Below are positions 15,438 to 24,374 of a stretch of 37,201 nucleotides of DNA, one piece after another. Each line of letters begins with the position of its first letter. Within the stretch, counting starts at the first letter, position 1. A program made the position numbers and the translations under genes. The notes under the pieces were generated by a model. The model was not told the origin of the DNA, made no database searches, and was given only the letters and a program-made list of their open reading frames with translations. This stretch comes from a virus (lineage: Duplodnaviria; Caudoviricetes): IMG/VR virus record IMGVR_UViG_3300032253_000227, positions 1-37,201 of that record. One strand, given 5' to 3'.

Positions 15438-17451
15438 GGAGAAATTACCGGGTTTCGTGCAACCTATTGACCTTATTCGATCTGCTGCGGGTTCAATCCG
15501 CCCACCGGCAAGTGTCACTGTTTCTGAATGTGCTGAAAAGCATATACGGCTTAATAATCCCGGCTCGTATGTTGGCCCTTATAAAAATTCAATGGCGCCG
15601 TATCTGGTGGAGCCGATGGATCGATCAGTTACACGGTCAATTGATGAATTGCATATGGTTGCGCCGAGTCAAAGCGGCAAATCGCAGCTTTTCTTAAATG
15701 TCATTGCTCACGGCATAAAATACAAGCCTGGTGACATATTGCTGGTGCAACCGGGAAAAGAGATGGCAATCGATTTTTCCGAGCGTCGAGTGCAAAAAAA
15801 AATGCTCGATATCAGTCCGGATCTTTCTGCAGAGCTCGGGACAAGCCGGAGCGATGACAAAGTGCTCAATAAGGCCTTTAGAAATGGTTTAATGCTTACG
15901 GTAGCGTGGCCGGTCCCCGCCCAATTGGCCTCACGTGCCGTCCCGACAGTCATTTTCGATGAAGAGGATCGCATGCCTGAAGATATTGGCGGTGAAGGTT
16001 CTCCGATCGAACTTGGTCGCAACCGTAAACGATCCTACGGACGTAACGGGTCATTGATTAACGTCTCGAGCCCGAGCAAGGATTATAAGCGCGGTATTGT
16101 GGGTCATTATTATGAGGGCGATCAGCGGCTTTGGTTTTGGCAATGTCCGAGCTGTGATGAATATTTTTCACCAGGTTTCGGTTTTGATCGAAAACCAACA
16201 TTAACCCAATTACAAAATCATCCAAATGCTACACCGGCAGAGGCGGGTCTCAATAGCTGGATGGTCTGCCCGCATTGCGGTGGCCCGATCGAGGAGAAAT
16301 TAAAAAAGATTTTGAACGGAAACGGGGTTTGGCTGGCTTTGGGTCAAAAAATTGATAGAGCCGGAAATATTACGGGTCAACCGATCAAGGGGCGGATCGC
16401 CAGTTATTGGTTGTCAGGTTTTGCCGCAATGTTTGTCGGCTGGGGTGAGCTAAACGAGAAATATTTAAAAGCCCAGGCAAAGTTTGACCAAGATCAAGAC
16501 GAAAATGATCTAAAAACGGTGATTAATACCGGTTTTGGATTTCCGTATACATCGCGTCAAGCGGGCGCCGCACCATTGGAAATTGAGGAATTTGAAGGCC
16601 GCAAAGAAGATTATGCTTTGAAAACGGTTCCGGGTCCGGTGAGGTTCTTAGTTGGTTCCGTCGATGTGGGCGCTCATAAATTTGATATGATGGTCATTGG
16701 TTTTGATGAAAATGGACAATCCTGGCTCATCGATCGTTACACGTTGAAGCAAGCACCGGATGGTCGTCCGTTGGATCCCGCTAATATTTTGAGGGATTGG
16801 AAGTTATTAGACCCGCTCATCAAGGCCCGTTATCCGCTTTCGGATCATCCGGGTAAGTTTTTACCGGTTGGCGCTGTTGCTATTGATAACGGTGGCGCCG
16901 CCGGTGAAGATGAAGCCGGCAACGTCACAAGCGGCGTGTCTGTGATGGGAAAAGATTACGCCCGTGGCCTGTATCAATCCGGAATGCCTTATTGGCAAGT
17001 GAGGCTCATCAAAGGTGCGTCGCAGCGCCAAGCACCTATATTGCCGCAGCGCCCTACATGGGAGCGTGACGATAACGGCAAGAAAATTGAGGGCTCCGTG
17101 CCGTTGCATGTGATCGGAGTCCACAATTTAAAAAATATTATTGATACCAGGTTGCGGCTAACAAAAGTGCAACCGGGTTATATGCATTTTCCCAAAGATC
17201 CGCCGGCAAATTATTTCAAGGAACTGACCGGCGAGCGAAAGATCAAGGGTAAATGGCACCGAAAGGGAGCCAACGAGAGTTTTGACTTGCACGGTTATTG
17301 TGAAGCGTTACGGCAAATGCTGCGGCCTGATCGAGTAGATTGGAAGAATCCGCCAGTTTGGGCAGCGATTATAAATTCGGATCATGTGGATCCAGAGGTA
17401 TTGAAGGTCGCTCCGATCACCGGGCGGCGAGTGAGATCAAGGGGCATTTAA
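15418..17451 (+). CDS. terL: Terminase large subunit (lambda gpA family)
   Basis: PSQSGKS Walker A, VIFDEEDR Walker B, SSP, CPxC pairs, GSVDVG nuclease, NESFDL. Confidence 0.95.
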   Translation: MKVRLHEEKLPGFVQPIDLIRSAAGSIRPPASVTVSECAEKHIRLNNPGSYVGPYKNSMAPYLVEPMDRSVTRSIDELHMVAPSQSGKSQLFLNVIAHGIKYKPGDILLVQPGKEMAIDFSERRVQKKMLDISPDLSAELGTSRSDDKVLNKAFRNGLMLTVAWPVPAQLASRAVPTVIFDEEDRMPEDIGGEGSPIELGRNRKRSYGRNGSLINVSSPSKDYKRGIVGHYYEGDQRLWFWQCPSCDEYFSPGFGFDRKPTLTQLQNHPNATPAEAGLNSWMVCPHCGGPIEEKLKKILNGNGVWLALGQKIDRAGNITGQPIKGRIASYWLSGFAAMFVGWGELNEKYLKAQAKFDQDQDENDLKTVINTGFGFPYTSRQAGAAPLEIEEFEGRKEDYALKTVPGPVRFLVGSVDVGAHKFDMMVIGFDENGQSWLIDRYTLKQAPDGRPLDPANILRDWKLLDPLIKARYPLSDHPGKFLPVGAVAIDNGGAAGEDEAGNVTSGVSVMGKDYARGLYQSGMPYWQVRLIKGASQRQAPILPQRPTWERDDNGKKIEGSVPLHVIGVHNLKNIIDTRLRLTKVQPGYMHFPKDPPANYFKELTGERKIKGKWHRKGANESFDLHGYCEALRQMLRPDRVDWKNPPVWAAIINSDHVDPEVLKVAPITGRRVRSRGI

Positions 17452-17672
17452 TGGCTGGAATTACTTTAGAAATTGCTGAGGCACAGCTTGCCGAATGGCT
17501 GGCCGCAAATAGTGCTGTGACAGCTAATCAATCCTATTCAATTGATAATCGAAGCTTAACTCGCGCTGATGCCTCGCAAATTCGCATGCAGGTCGATTAT
17601 TGGGATAAAAAATGTAAAGAACTTGCCCGCTCAAACGGCGGTCCGCGAGTGCGTTTTGTGGTACCAGTATGA
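17451..17672 (+). CDS. Head completion protein (gpW-like/DUF6148)
   Basis: QSYSIDNRSLTRAD; between TerL and portal; TAATG overlap. Confidence 0.85.
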   Translation: MAGITLEIAEAQLAEWLAANSAVTANQSYSIDNRSLTRADASQIRMQVDYWDKKCKELARSNGGPRVRFVVPV

Positions 17673-19273
17673 AGGAAATCAAACGCGATGCTTCAAAATC
17701 TGCCGATAATCTGATCGATCGAGCAATTAATGCCATCGCGCCTCAAATCGGTGTGAGGCGCCGCCAAGCTCGTCTACAGCTTGCGGTTAGTGATGGTTTG
17801 ATGAGTGGCTATATTGGGGCCCGCAAAAATCGCCGGGCACTGAAAAACTGGGCGATGCCGGCCGGTTCTGCAGATGGAGACACATTACCCGATTTGCCTA
17901 TATTGCGCGAAAGATCACGTGATCTGGTACGCAATGAGCCGATTGCTTCTGGCGCTATTAATACAAAAGTTACCAATGTGGTCGGGGGTGGCCTGATCCC
18001 GACGCCCAATATCGATCGTGAGTTTTTAGGACTTTCAGAAGAAGAGGCGGCCGACTGGCACGCTGCTGCAATCCGTGAGTGGAAACTATTTGCTCAAACC
18101 TCGGATATGACGGGTGAGGGTGATTTCTACGAACAGCAAGATCTCGCTTTTCGGTCAGTGCTTGAAGGCGGTGACTGTTTTGCCGTTAAACGGTTTGAAG
18201 AAATCCCCGGCGAAACCTATGGCCTAAAAATCCAATTGGTCGAGGCGGATCGGTGCAGTAATCCAAAGAATGTGGCAGATAAGCCTGGCAAGTTGGCGGG
18301 GGGTGTTGAGCGCGATGCTCGCGGGCGTGCAGAGTTCTATCATTTTACAAAACGGCATCCCGGCGATGTACAAGACAGGGATGCCCGTAAATGGGATAAA
18401 ATTCCGGCATTCGATGAGGATGGTGGGCGCCTAGTGTTGCATCTTTTCCAGAGGTTGAGAATTGATCAAAGCCGTGGTGTGCCGGATCTGGCCGCGGTAA
18501 TTGAACCATTTAAGCAACTGGGCCGTTACACTGAGGCGGAAATTACCGCTGCCGTCGTCTCGGCTATGTTTACCGTCTTTGTTGAAACAGAAGGTGGGCA
18601 GGGGATGGCTCCATCTGCCCCTGATGGCACAGCTTCAAGTGATCCCAACGAGATTAAGATGGGGGCGGGGGCTGTTATCGATCTTGGTCCAAATGAGAAA
18701 GTCGAATTTGCCAACCCGTCCCGTCCCAACGCCAATTTTGACCCTTTTACAATGGCGGTATACAAGCATATTGGTGTTGGTTTGAATTTACCGGCAGATG
18801 TGTTGCTCAAGGCCTTTAATTCCAGTTATTCGGCAAGCCGCGCTGCACTCGATACCGCTTGGCAATACTTCAAAAACCGGCGGACATGGCTGGAGAAAAA
18901 GTTTTGTAACCCTCCATACGGCTGGTTGCTTGATGAAGCGATCGCCCGTGGGCGCCTGATCGCTCCTGGCTATTTTGATGACCCTCTCATTCGCGCCGCA
19001 TATGCCCGTGTGATCTGGAATGGCCCGGGTCGTATTCATATTGATCCGACCAAGGAAGCGAAGGCGGATAAAATGTATGTAGACATGGGGGTTAAATCTT
19101 TAACTGAAGTTACCCGCGAGCGGACCGGCGCAGATTGGGAAGAGCGCCATGAGGAGCGCATGCGAGAGGTAAAGAAACGGCGTGATGCTGGCCTCGAAGT
19201 TGAATTGCAACCCGCCTCTCCGGCGGGTTTTTTAGTGGAAGAAGAGGAAAAGCCCGATGAAAAAAGCGATTGA
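17669..19273 (+). CDS. Portal protein, lambda family
   Basis: LRERSRDLVRN, QSRGVP, SSYSASRAAL, IDPTKE. Confidence 0.95.
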   Translation: MKEIKRDASKSADNLIDRAINAIAPQIGVRRRQARLQLAVSDGLMSGYIGARKNRRALKNWAMPAGSADGDTLPDLPILRERSRDLVRNEPIASGAINTKVTNVVGGGLIPTPNIDREFLGLSEEEAADWHAAAIREWKLFAQTSDMTGEGDFYEQQDLAFRSVLEGGDCFAVKRFEEIPGETYGLKIQLVEADRCSNPKNVADKPGKLAGGVERDARGRAEFYHFTKRHPGDVQDRDARKWDKIPAFDEDGGRLVLHLFQRLRIDQSRGVPDLAAVIEPFKQLGRYTEAEITAAVVSAMFTVFVETEGGQGMAPSAPDGTASSDPNEIKMGAGAVIDLGPNEKVEFANPSRPNANFDPFTMAVYKHIGVGLNLPADVLLKAFNSSYSASRAALDTAWQYFKNRRTWLEKKFCNPPYGWLLDEAIARGRLIAPGYFDDPLIRAAYARVIWNGPGRIHIDPTKEAKADKMYVDMGVKSLTEVTRERTGADWEERHEERMREVKKRRDAGLEVELQPASPAGFLVEEEEKPDEKSD

Positions 19274-20627
19274 TCATATTGCGGCGGTACCCTGGGCCAT
19301 TGAACCAGCCTGGTTACAAACCTTGCAAGATATCGCTGGTCGTGATCTCAGCGATTTTGAGGCAGTAGAGAAAAAGCGCGCCGATCGCCTAGCCCGATCT
19401 GAAAAGGCTGGTATTCGTGATGGGGTGGCGGTGCTCGATATCTCCGGCCCGATTTTTCGCCATGCTAATTTGTTTACTGAAATTTCAGGGGCTACTTCTA
19501 TTGAAACTTTGGGTCGTGACCTGAATGCGGCTCTTGAGGATCCTAATGTAAAATCGATTTTGCTGAATGTTGATAGTCCGGGCGGCATGGTTTCAGGTAC
19601 GAACGAATTTGCGGCCATGGTCAAAGAGGCAGATAAGCCGGTCACCGCATATGTGGGTAATTTGGCGGCTAGTGCAGCTTATTGGATTGCTTCGGCTGCA
19701 GACGAAATTGTCATTGATCCGACTGGCCAGTTGGGGTCGATTGGAGTGGTTCAAACTCGTGTTGATGATAGCAAACAACAGTCGGCGCGTGGGATCGAAA
19801 GTATTGAGATTGTCAGTTCGCAATCTCCACATAAACGCCCCGATATTAAAAGCGACGAAGGTCGCGCAGAAATTCAACGCCATGTTGATGATCTGGCTGA
19901 TGTCTTCGTCGCGGTCGTCGCAGAAAATCGCGGCACAACTCCCGAAAAAGTAATTTCTGATTTTGGTGCCGGGGGAATGCTGATTGGCAAAAAAGCAGTG
20001 GCGGCCGGAATGGCCGACCGCCTTGGAAATTTCGAAGAGGTTCTCGCCGGCTTGGCTGGTGATGATCGCGGCTTTGCTCAAAAAGGGCCGGCTGCAATAA
20101 CAACGGTCAAACAGGAGACTGATTTTATGAATGACAAAGTAGAAAAGACAGAGGTAACGGACAATAATCCGGCACCAACTATTACCGCGGATCATATCAC
20201 GGCCTCATATCCGGAAATTGCATCGCATTTTCAAAACATCGGTGCAACGGCTGAGCGTACACGGATCCTCGCAATTGAAGAGGCGGCTTTGCCTGGGCAT
20301 GATGCGCTTGTCGCAACGCTAAAAGCAGATGGTGCAACCTCTGCAGGGGATGCGGCGTTGCAAATCATGGCGGCAGAAAAAGGTAAGCTTTCGAACCGGT
20401 TGGCAGCCCAAAAATCGGCGGGAAAACTTACGGATAAAATCAAAAGTTCGGCGACATCAACCGGCGAAGAAGATGTGCTCTTGCCGGCTTCTGCATCAGT
20501 CGATGATCGTGCAAAAGAAACCTGGGATAAAGATGCAAAGCTGCGCGCTGAGTTTGGTGCATTCTCAACATATCTGGCTTACGCCAAAGCTCAGGATAGT
20601 GGCCAGGTAAATATCAAAACGGGATAG
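19257..20627 (+). CDS. Head maturation protease (S49, lambda gpC-like) with C-terminal scaffold
   Basis: VDSPGG, AASAAYWIAS, GSIGV, AVAAGMAD. Confidence 0.93.
   Translation: MKKAIDHIAAVPWAIEPAWLQTLQDIAGRDLSDFEAVEKKRADRLARSEKAGIRDGVAVLDISGPIFRHANLFTEISGATSIETLGRDLNAALEDPNVKSILLNVDSPGGMVSGTNEFAAMVKEADKPVTAYVGNLAASAAYWIASAADEIVIDPTGQLGSIGVVQTRVDDSKQQSARGIESIEIVSSQSPHKRPDIKSDEGRAEIQRHVDDLADVFVAVVAENRGTTPEKVISDFGAGGMLIGKKAVAAGMADRLGNFEEVLAGLAGDDRGFAQKGPAAITTVKQETDFMNDKVEKTEVTDNNPAPTITADHITASYPEIASHFQNIGATAERTRILAIEEAALPGHDALVATLKADGATSAGDAALQIMAAEKGKLSNRLAAQKSAGKLTDKIKSSATSTGEEDVLLPASASVDDRAKETWDKDAKLRAEFGAFSTYLAYAKAQDSGQVNIKTG
20127..20627 (+). CDS. In-frame internal scaffold protein (Nu3-like)
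   Basis: CAGGAG RBS before the in-frame ATG 20127 (MNDKVEK). Confidence 0.6.
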   Translation: MNDKVEKTEVTDNNPAPTITADHITASYPEIASHFQNIGATAERTRILAIEEAALPGHDALVATLKADGATSAGDAALQIMAAEKGKLSNRLAAQKSAGKLTDKIKSSATSTGEEDVLLPASASVDDRAKETWDKDAKLRAEFGAFSTYLAYAKAQDSGQVNIKTG

Positions 20628-20705
20628 CCTAAATTTGTGTGCATGATTTTGCTCGCTGGCCCATTTTTCAATTTTTCAATTTTCTCAAACTAGAAAGTGT
20701 ATCTC

Positions 20706-21122
20706 ATGGCTACATTGTCAAAAAACACGCCACGCGCTTTAATGCTCGGCGACATTGAAGATTATCCGGTTGTTGCCGGTGACATTATTTATCAGGGTGC
20801 CGCGGTTGGCGAAGACGGTGCTGGTTATTCCCGGCCTTTGGTTGCTGCGGATCCGTTCCAAGGGTTTGCTGAAGAAAAGGCCGATAATTCGGCTGGCGGT
20901 GCTGGCGCCGTTGATGTCTCAGTTCGCCGGCGGGGGCGGATCCAACTTGCTGTAGTTGGCGCAACCGCCGTCACGGCTAACGATGGGGTGGCTGTATATG
21001 CCTCTGATGATGACACTTTCACGCTCATCTCTACGTCCAACAGTAAAATTGGTTATGTGTCGCGGTGGGTCTCCTCCGGAGTAGCGATCGTTGAGTTTGA
21101 TGCTTTGGTTGTGAAGCCTTAA
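20706..21122 (+). CDS. Head decoration/cement protein
   Basis: YPV....IYQGAAV...VYASDDDT...IG pattern; between protease and capsid. Confidence 0.8.
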   Translation: MATLSKNTPRALMLGDIEDYPVVAGDIIYQGAAVGEDGAGYSRPLVAADPFQGFAEEKADNSAGGAGAVDVSVRRRGRIQLAVVGATAVTANDGVAVYASDDDTFTLISTSNSKIGYVSRWVSSGVAIVEFDALVVKP

Positions 21123-21196
21123 CAAACTTAACCTTTTCTTTTGAAACTAATGGGGCGGCTCGATCGGGCCGCGTTTTGCTGTAGAAAGGCAATGAA

Positions 21197-22135
21197 ATGG
21201 ATTTAATTACATCGCGCGCCATTATTGGTATGTTTTACGAAATGCTCGAGCAGGGGGAAACCGGTTGGGTGGATAAACTTACCTTCGGGACTTCCTCGGA
21301 TCAAGATAGTGAAAAATATGCCTGGCTCGGTCAAGCGCCAGCTATGCGTGAAATGAAAGGCGGCCGTCAGGCCAAGGGTCTTTCCGAGCAAGCGCTTGAA
21401 ATCATTAACAAGGAATTTGAGGCAACTCTCAAAATCAAAGTTAAGGATCTCCGGCGTGACAAAACCGGCCAATTGCGTGTTCGGATCGGTGAGATGGCCG
21501 ATCGTGCAAATGCTCATTGGGCGCGCCTGGTCTCTGTTCTGGTCAATAATGGCGCCAGTCAGATTTGTTATGACGGTCAATATTTTTTCGATACGGACCA
21601 CAGCGAAGGTGATAGCGGCGTGCAATCAAATGCGATTGATGTCGATATTTCCACATTGGCGACATCAAATCATGGGTCGATCTCTGCACCGTCTGTTGGT
21701 GAAGCGAGTGAGGCCATTATGCTCGGAATCCAGCAAGTTTATGGGTTTAAGGATGATACTGGTGAACCGATCAATGAAAATGCCCGGAATTTCTTGGCAA
21801 TGGTGCCAACAAATCTTTGGAAGGCCTCTGCTGGTGCTGCGAACAATGCGGTGATCGATGGCGGAGATACCAATACGTTAGTGCAAATGGACGGGATGAA
21901 TATTGAGGTTGTGGCTAATCCGCGTCTCACCGCAAATGATAAAATTCGGGTTTTCCGAACAGATGGCCGTACAAAACCGTTTATCCGTCAAGAGGAAGTG
22001 CCGGTGGAAGTCTCGGCTCAAGCAGAAGGCTCGGATGTTGAGTTCAAGCATAAAGAGCATCATTACGGGCTTTACGCCTCGGGCAATGCCGGTTTTGGGA
22101 TGTGGCAGCATGGGTGCGAGGTTACCCTCATATAA
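21197..22135 (+). CDS. Major capsid protein, Mu gpT-like family
   Basis: EKYAWLGQAPAMRE, INKEFEAT, CYDGQYFFDTDH, KPFIRQ, AGFGMWQ. Confidence 0.92.
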   Translation: MDLITSRAIIGMFYEMLEQGETGWVDKLTFGTSSDQDSEKYAWLGQAPAMREMKGGRQAKGLSEQALEIINKEFEATLKIKVKDLRRDKTGQLRVRIGEMADRANAHWARLVSVLVNNGASQICYDGQYFFDTDHSEGDSGVQSNAIDVDISTLATSNHGSISAPSVGEASEAIMLGIQQVYGFKDDTGEPINENARNFLAMVPTNLWKASAGAANNAVIDGGDTNTLVQMDGMNIEVVANPRLTANDKIRVFRTDGRTKPFIRQEEVPVEVSAQAEGSDVEFKHKEHHYGLYASGNAGFGMWQHGCEVTLI

Positions 22136-22147
22136 TAAAGACAGTTT

Positions 22148-22169
22148 AGGGGGCTTCGGCCCCTTTTTT
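22148..22169 (+). terminator. Intrinsic terminator after the capsid gene
   Basis: GGGGC-TTCG-GCCCC followed by a T-tract. Confidence 0.85.
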
Positions 22170-22195
22170 CTTGCATTTAATTTTGAAGGTTTCCC

Positions 22196-22540
22196 ATGAA
22201 AAAATTTACAGTTATTGCACCACTTGGTGCGACGTTTGGCCCCGGTTCAATATTGAAGCTGACAGCTAAACAGGCAAAGCTACGCGCTGCCAGTTTGTCC
22301 GCTGCTAAAAAAAAGCAGAAAGGGTGTTTTGAGGTTGTGACGCCGGTGTCGTTCAAGTTCGGCGAGGTGATTGGTCTTGCTGAAAACGTCAATAAAGCTG
22401 TGTTGACGGCTCTCACTTCGAATGAATCATCATCACCGGAAAATGATGAGGCGCCAAAAGTCCCGGATCCAGACGTTATAAACGACGATGCGGTCGAAGG
22501 ATCTGAGGGCGGATCTGAAACCGACGCGCCCGCGAACTGA
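22196..22540 (+). CDS. Hypothetical head-associated protein (gpFI position)
   Basis: Post-capsid position; basic N-terminus, acidic low-complexity tail. Confidence 0.65.
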   Translation: MKKFTVIAPLGATFGPGSILKLTAKQAKLRAASLSAAKKKQKGCFEVVTPVSFKFGEVIGLAENVNKAVLTALTSNESSSPENDEAPKVPDPDVINDDAVEGSEGGSETDAPAN

Positions 22541-22860
22541 TGGGGGTAGAGAGTGTGGCTGATCAGGCTGCCTTTTTAAATCCGAAGGAGTTTGCTGTTG
22601 TGGCGGTGTTGTGCCGCACCGGTGCTTTGTCTCAAGAGATACAAGGCATTTTCACTAAAGATCCTGCGGTGCTGCTTGAAAGCTTTGATGGGCCAATTAT
22701 GGGAACTGCCACCAGTTTTCTTGTGAGTGCAGTAGATGCGGAACTCGCCCAAATTGATGATGTCTTATTTGTAAACGACACTCGTTATCACGTTGTCAAA
22801 ATCGAAGCTCATAACGATGGCGGGGGCATGATCCGCTTGATGCTTGAGGTGGCAGAATGA
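22540..22860 (+). CDS. Head-tail joining protein (gpFII-like)
   Basis: FLNPKEFA...IQGIF...DDVLFVNDTRYHV...DGGGMIRLML. Confidence 0.75.
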   Translation: MGVESVADQAAFLNPKEFAVVAVLCRTGALSQEIQGIFTKDPAVLLESFDGPIMGTATSFLVSAVDAELAQIDDVLFVNDTRYHVVKIEAHNDGGGMIRLMLEVAE

Positions 22861-23294
22861 GTGATAATATTCGTAAACAAATTCGCGATCATTATTTGAC
22901 TGTTTTGTCAGGTAATACAGTAGCCGGTACCCGGGTCACTACTAAACGCCAGAGATCGCAGGATCAAGATCGTATGCCCGCGATTTCAATCATCACTGGC
23001 GATGCTGTGGTCGATGTGCTTGCGATGGGCAATCCTCCGCCGCTAACGCATGATCTTGAGGTGGTTTTTCAGTGCTTTTCAATCGGCATTGATATCGATG
23101 ATCAACTTGACGCAATTTCTGCAGAAGTTCATGCACTTGTAGTGAGTAACGTACCTGGTTTTGTGATTTCGTTTGATCTGCAAAATACGAATACGGCGGT
23201 TGATCTATCGGCGGATCGTACCGGAGGCTCGATTGCATTGACTTATTCTCTCGTTTACCACACGCCCGGCAATGATCTAACCGTGGCGCTTTAA
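22857..23294 (+). CDS. Tail terminator protein (gpU-like)
   Basis: IRKQIRD...MPAISI...DDQLD...LTYSLVYHT; precedes the tail tube gene. Confidence 0.75.
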   Translation: MSDNIRKQIRDHYLTVLSGNTVAGTRVTTKRQRSQDQDRMPAISIITGDAVVDVLAMGNPPPLTHDLEVVFQCFSIGIDIDDQLDAISAEVHALVVSNVPGFVISFDLQNTNTAVDLSADRTGGSIALTYSLVYHTPGNDLTVAL

Positions 23295-23305
23295 AGGATC
23301 TTTCC

Positions 23306-23464
23306 ATGCACATTAGAATGTATTCGCCCAACGGCACCGTCGTTGAGGTGCTGCCGCACAATGTCGAATTGATGACATCTCGCGGTTGGTCAATAAAACG
23401 TCCGAAGGGCGCCACAAGCGTCAAATTTTCAATAAATAAAGCAAAGGAATTATCCAATGACTGA
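23306..23464 (+). CDS. 52-aa small protein missing from the ORF track
   Basis: MHIRMYSPNGTVVEVLPHNVELMTSRGWS...; AAGGA RBS; fills the gap and overlaps the tube start. Confidence 0.65.
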   Translation: MHIRMYSPNGTVVEVLPHNVELMTSRGWSIKRPKGATSVKFSINKAKELSND

Positions 23465-23849
23465 AGCAACTGGCCGTTCTGGCGCGGTGCTGATTGGTGC
23501 CAATGTTGTGGCGGCGATCAATGATTTCAATATCAACACTCAAGTCGCAACAATCCCGAAAAACAAAATGGGGCAGGCTTTTGAAGAATATGAACCTGGC
23601 CTCGCATCGTGGTCTGCAGACGTGACATGTTACTGGGATACTGCCGATACGTTGGGTCAAGGTGCTATTACGGCTGGGGCGGTTGTTACATTGGCTCTGT
23701 ACCCGTTTGGCCAAGCCTCCGGTATGGTTTATAAATCTGGATCCGCGCTTGTTGAAAGTATCTCGGAGGCAGTCCCTGCGGACGGTATGATTACCAAGGC
23801 GATCCAATTTAAGGGATCTGGCGCGCTGACTGAAAGCACTGTGGTCTGA
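23457..23849 (+). CDS. Major tail tube protein
   Basis: YEPGLASWSADV...YKSGSALV...IQFKGSGAL. Confidence 0.85.
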   Translation: MTEATGRSGAVLIGANVVAAINDFNINTQVATIPKNKMGQAFEEYEPGLASWSADVTCYWDTADTLGQGAITAGAVVTLALYPFGQASGMVYKSGSALVESISEAVPADGMITKAIQFKGSGALTESTVV

Positions 23850-24253
23850 TGCCAGAAAATTCCGATATTAAATTGCCTCATCAGCATCCGATTTTGCAAC
23901 GAGCACGCGCCACGTTTCGGCCTGGCGATTTGATGTATACGGATGTTGATGCGCTGCCGGATGCAGATGGTAATCCTACCCGGCTTTATTTTTTGCCGTA
24001 CACCACCAAAGATAAAGCTTTTGCTGCTCGTAAGGCTGCAGAAAACGGTGCTGGGGTAGAGGCTTGGGCCGATGTAATGATCCGCAAGGCGCTCGATGAG
24101 CATGGGAAGCCAATTTTTGGTCTAGCTCATCGGCCCTCTATTTTGTCAGATATGGATCCTGATGTTTTAGAGGCCATCGTGGGGATTTTCATGACTTCAC
24201 GCACGGTAATTGATCACTCAAAAAACTTAAAGGCGATGCCGGCCGGCGGTTGA
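23849..24253 (+). CDS. Tail assembly chaperone (gpG-like)
   Basis: KALDEHGKPIF motif; between tube and tape measure; slippery site near the 3' end. Confidence 0.8.
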   Translation: MPENSDIKLPHQHPILQRARATFRPGDLMYTDVDALPDADGNPTRLYFLPYTTKDKAFAARKAAENGAGVEAWADVMIRKALDEHGKPIFGLAHRPSILSDMDPDVLEAIVGIFMTSRTVIDHSKNLKAMPAGG

Positions 24254-24363
24254 TTTTCCGTTTAGCACTTCGCTTGAATTACACAATTGAACAGATCGAA
24301 GCCATGCCGGTGGATCTGTTCCACGAATGGATCGCATTTTTAAACCTGATAGATCAGGAATAG
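24220..24363 (+). CDS. gpT-like extension produced by -1 frameshift at A AAA AAC
   Basis: The -1 frame reads LKGDAGRRLIFRLALRLNYTIEQIEAMPVDLFHEWIAFLNLIDQE*. Confidence 0.8.
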   Translation, partial: KKLKGDAGRRLIFRLALRLNYTIEQIEAMPVDLFHEWIAFLNLIDQE

Positions 24364-24374
24364 GGCGGCAGCTG

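Noticed and set aside
21152-21178. Hairpin between decoration and capsid genes as a terminator
   Set aside because: Weak U-tract, and termination before the major capsid gene is unlikely; possibly an mRNA stabiliser
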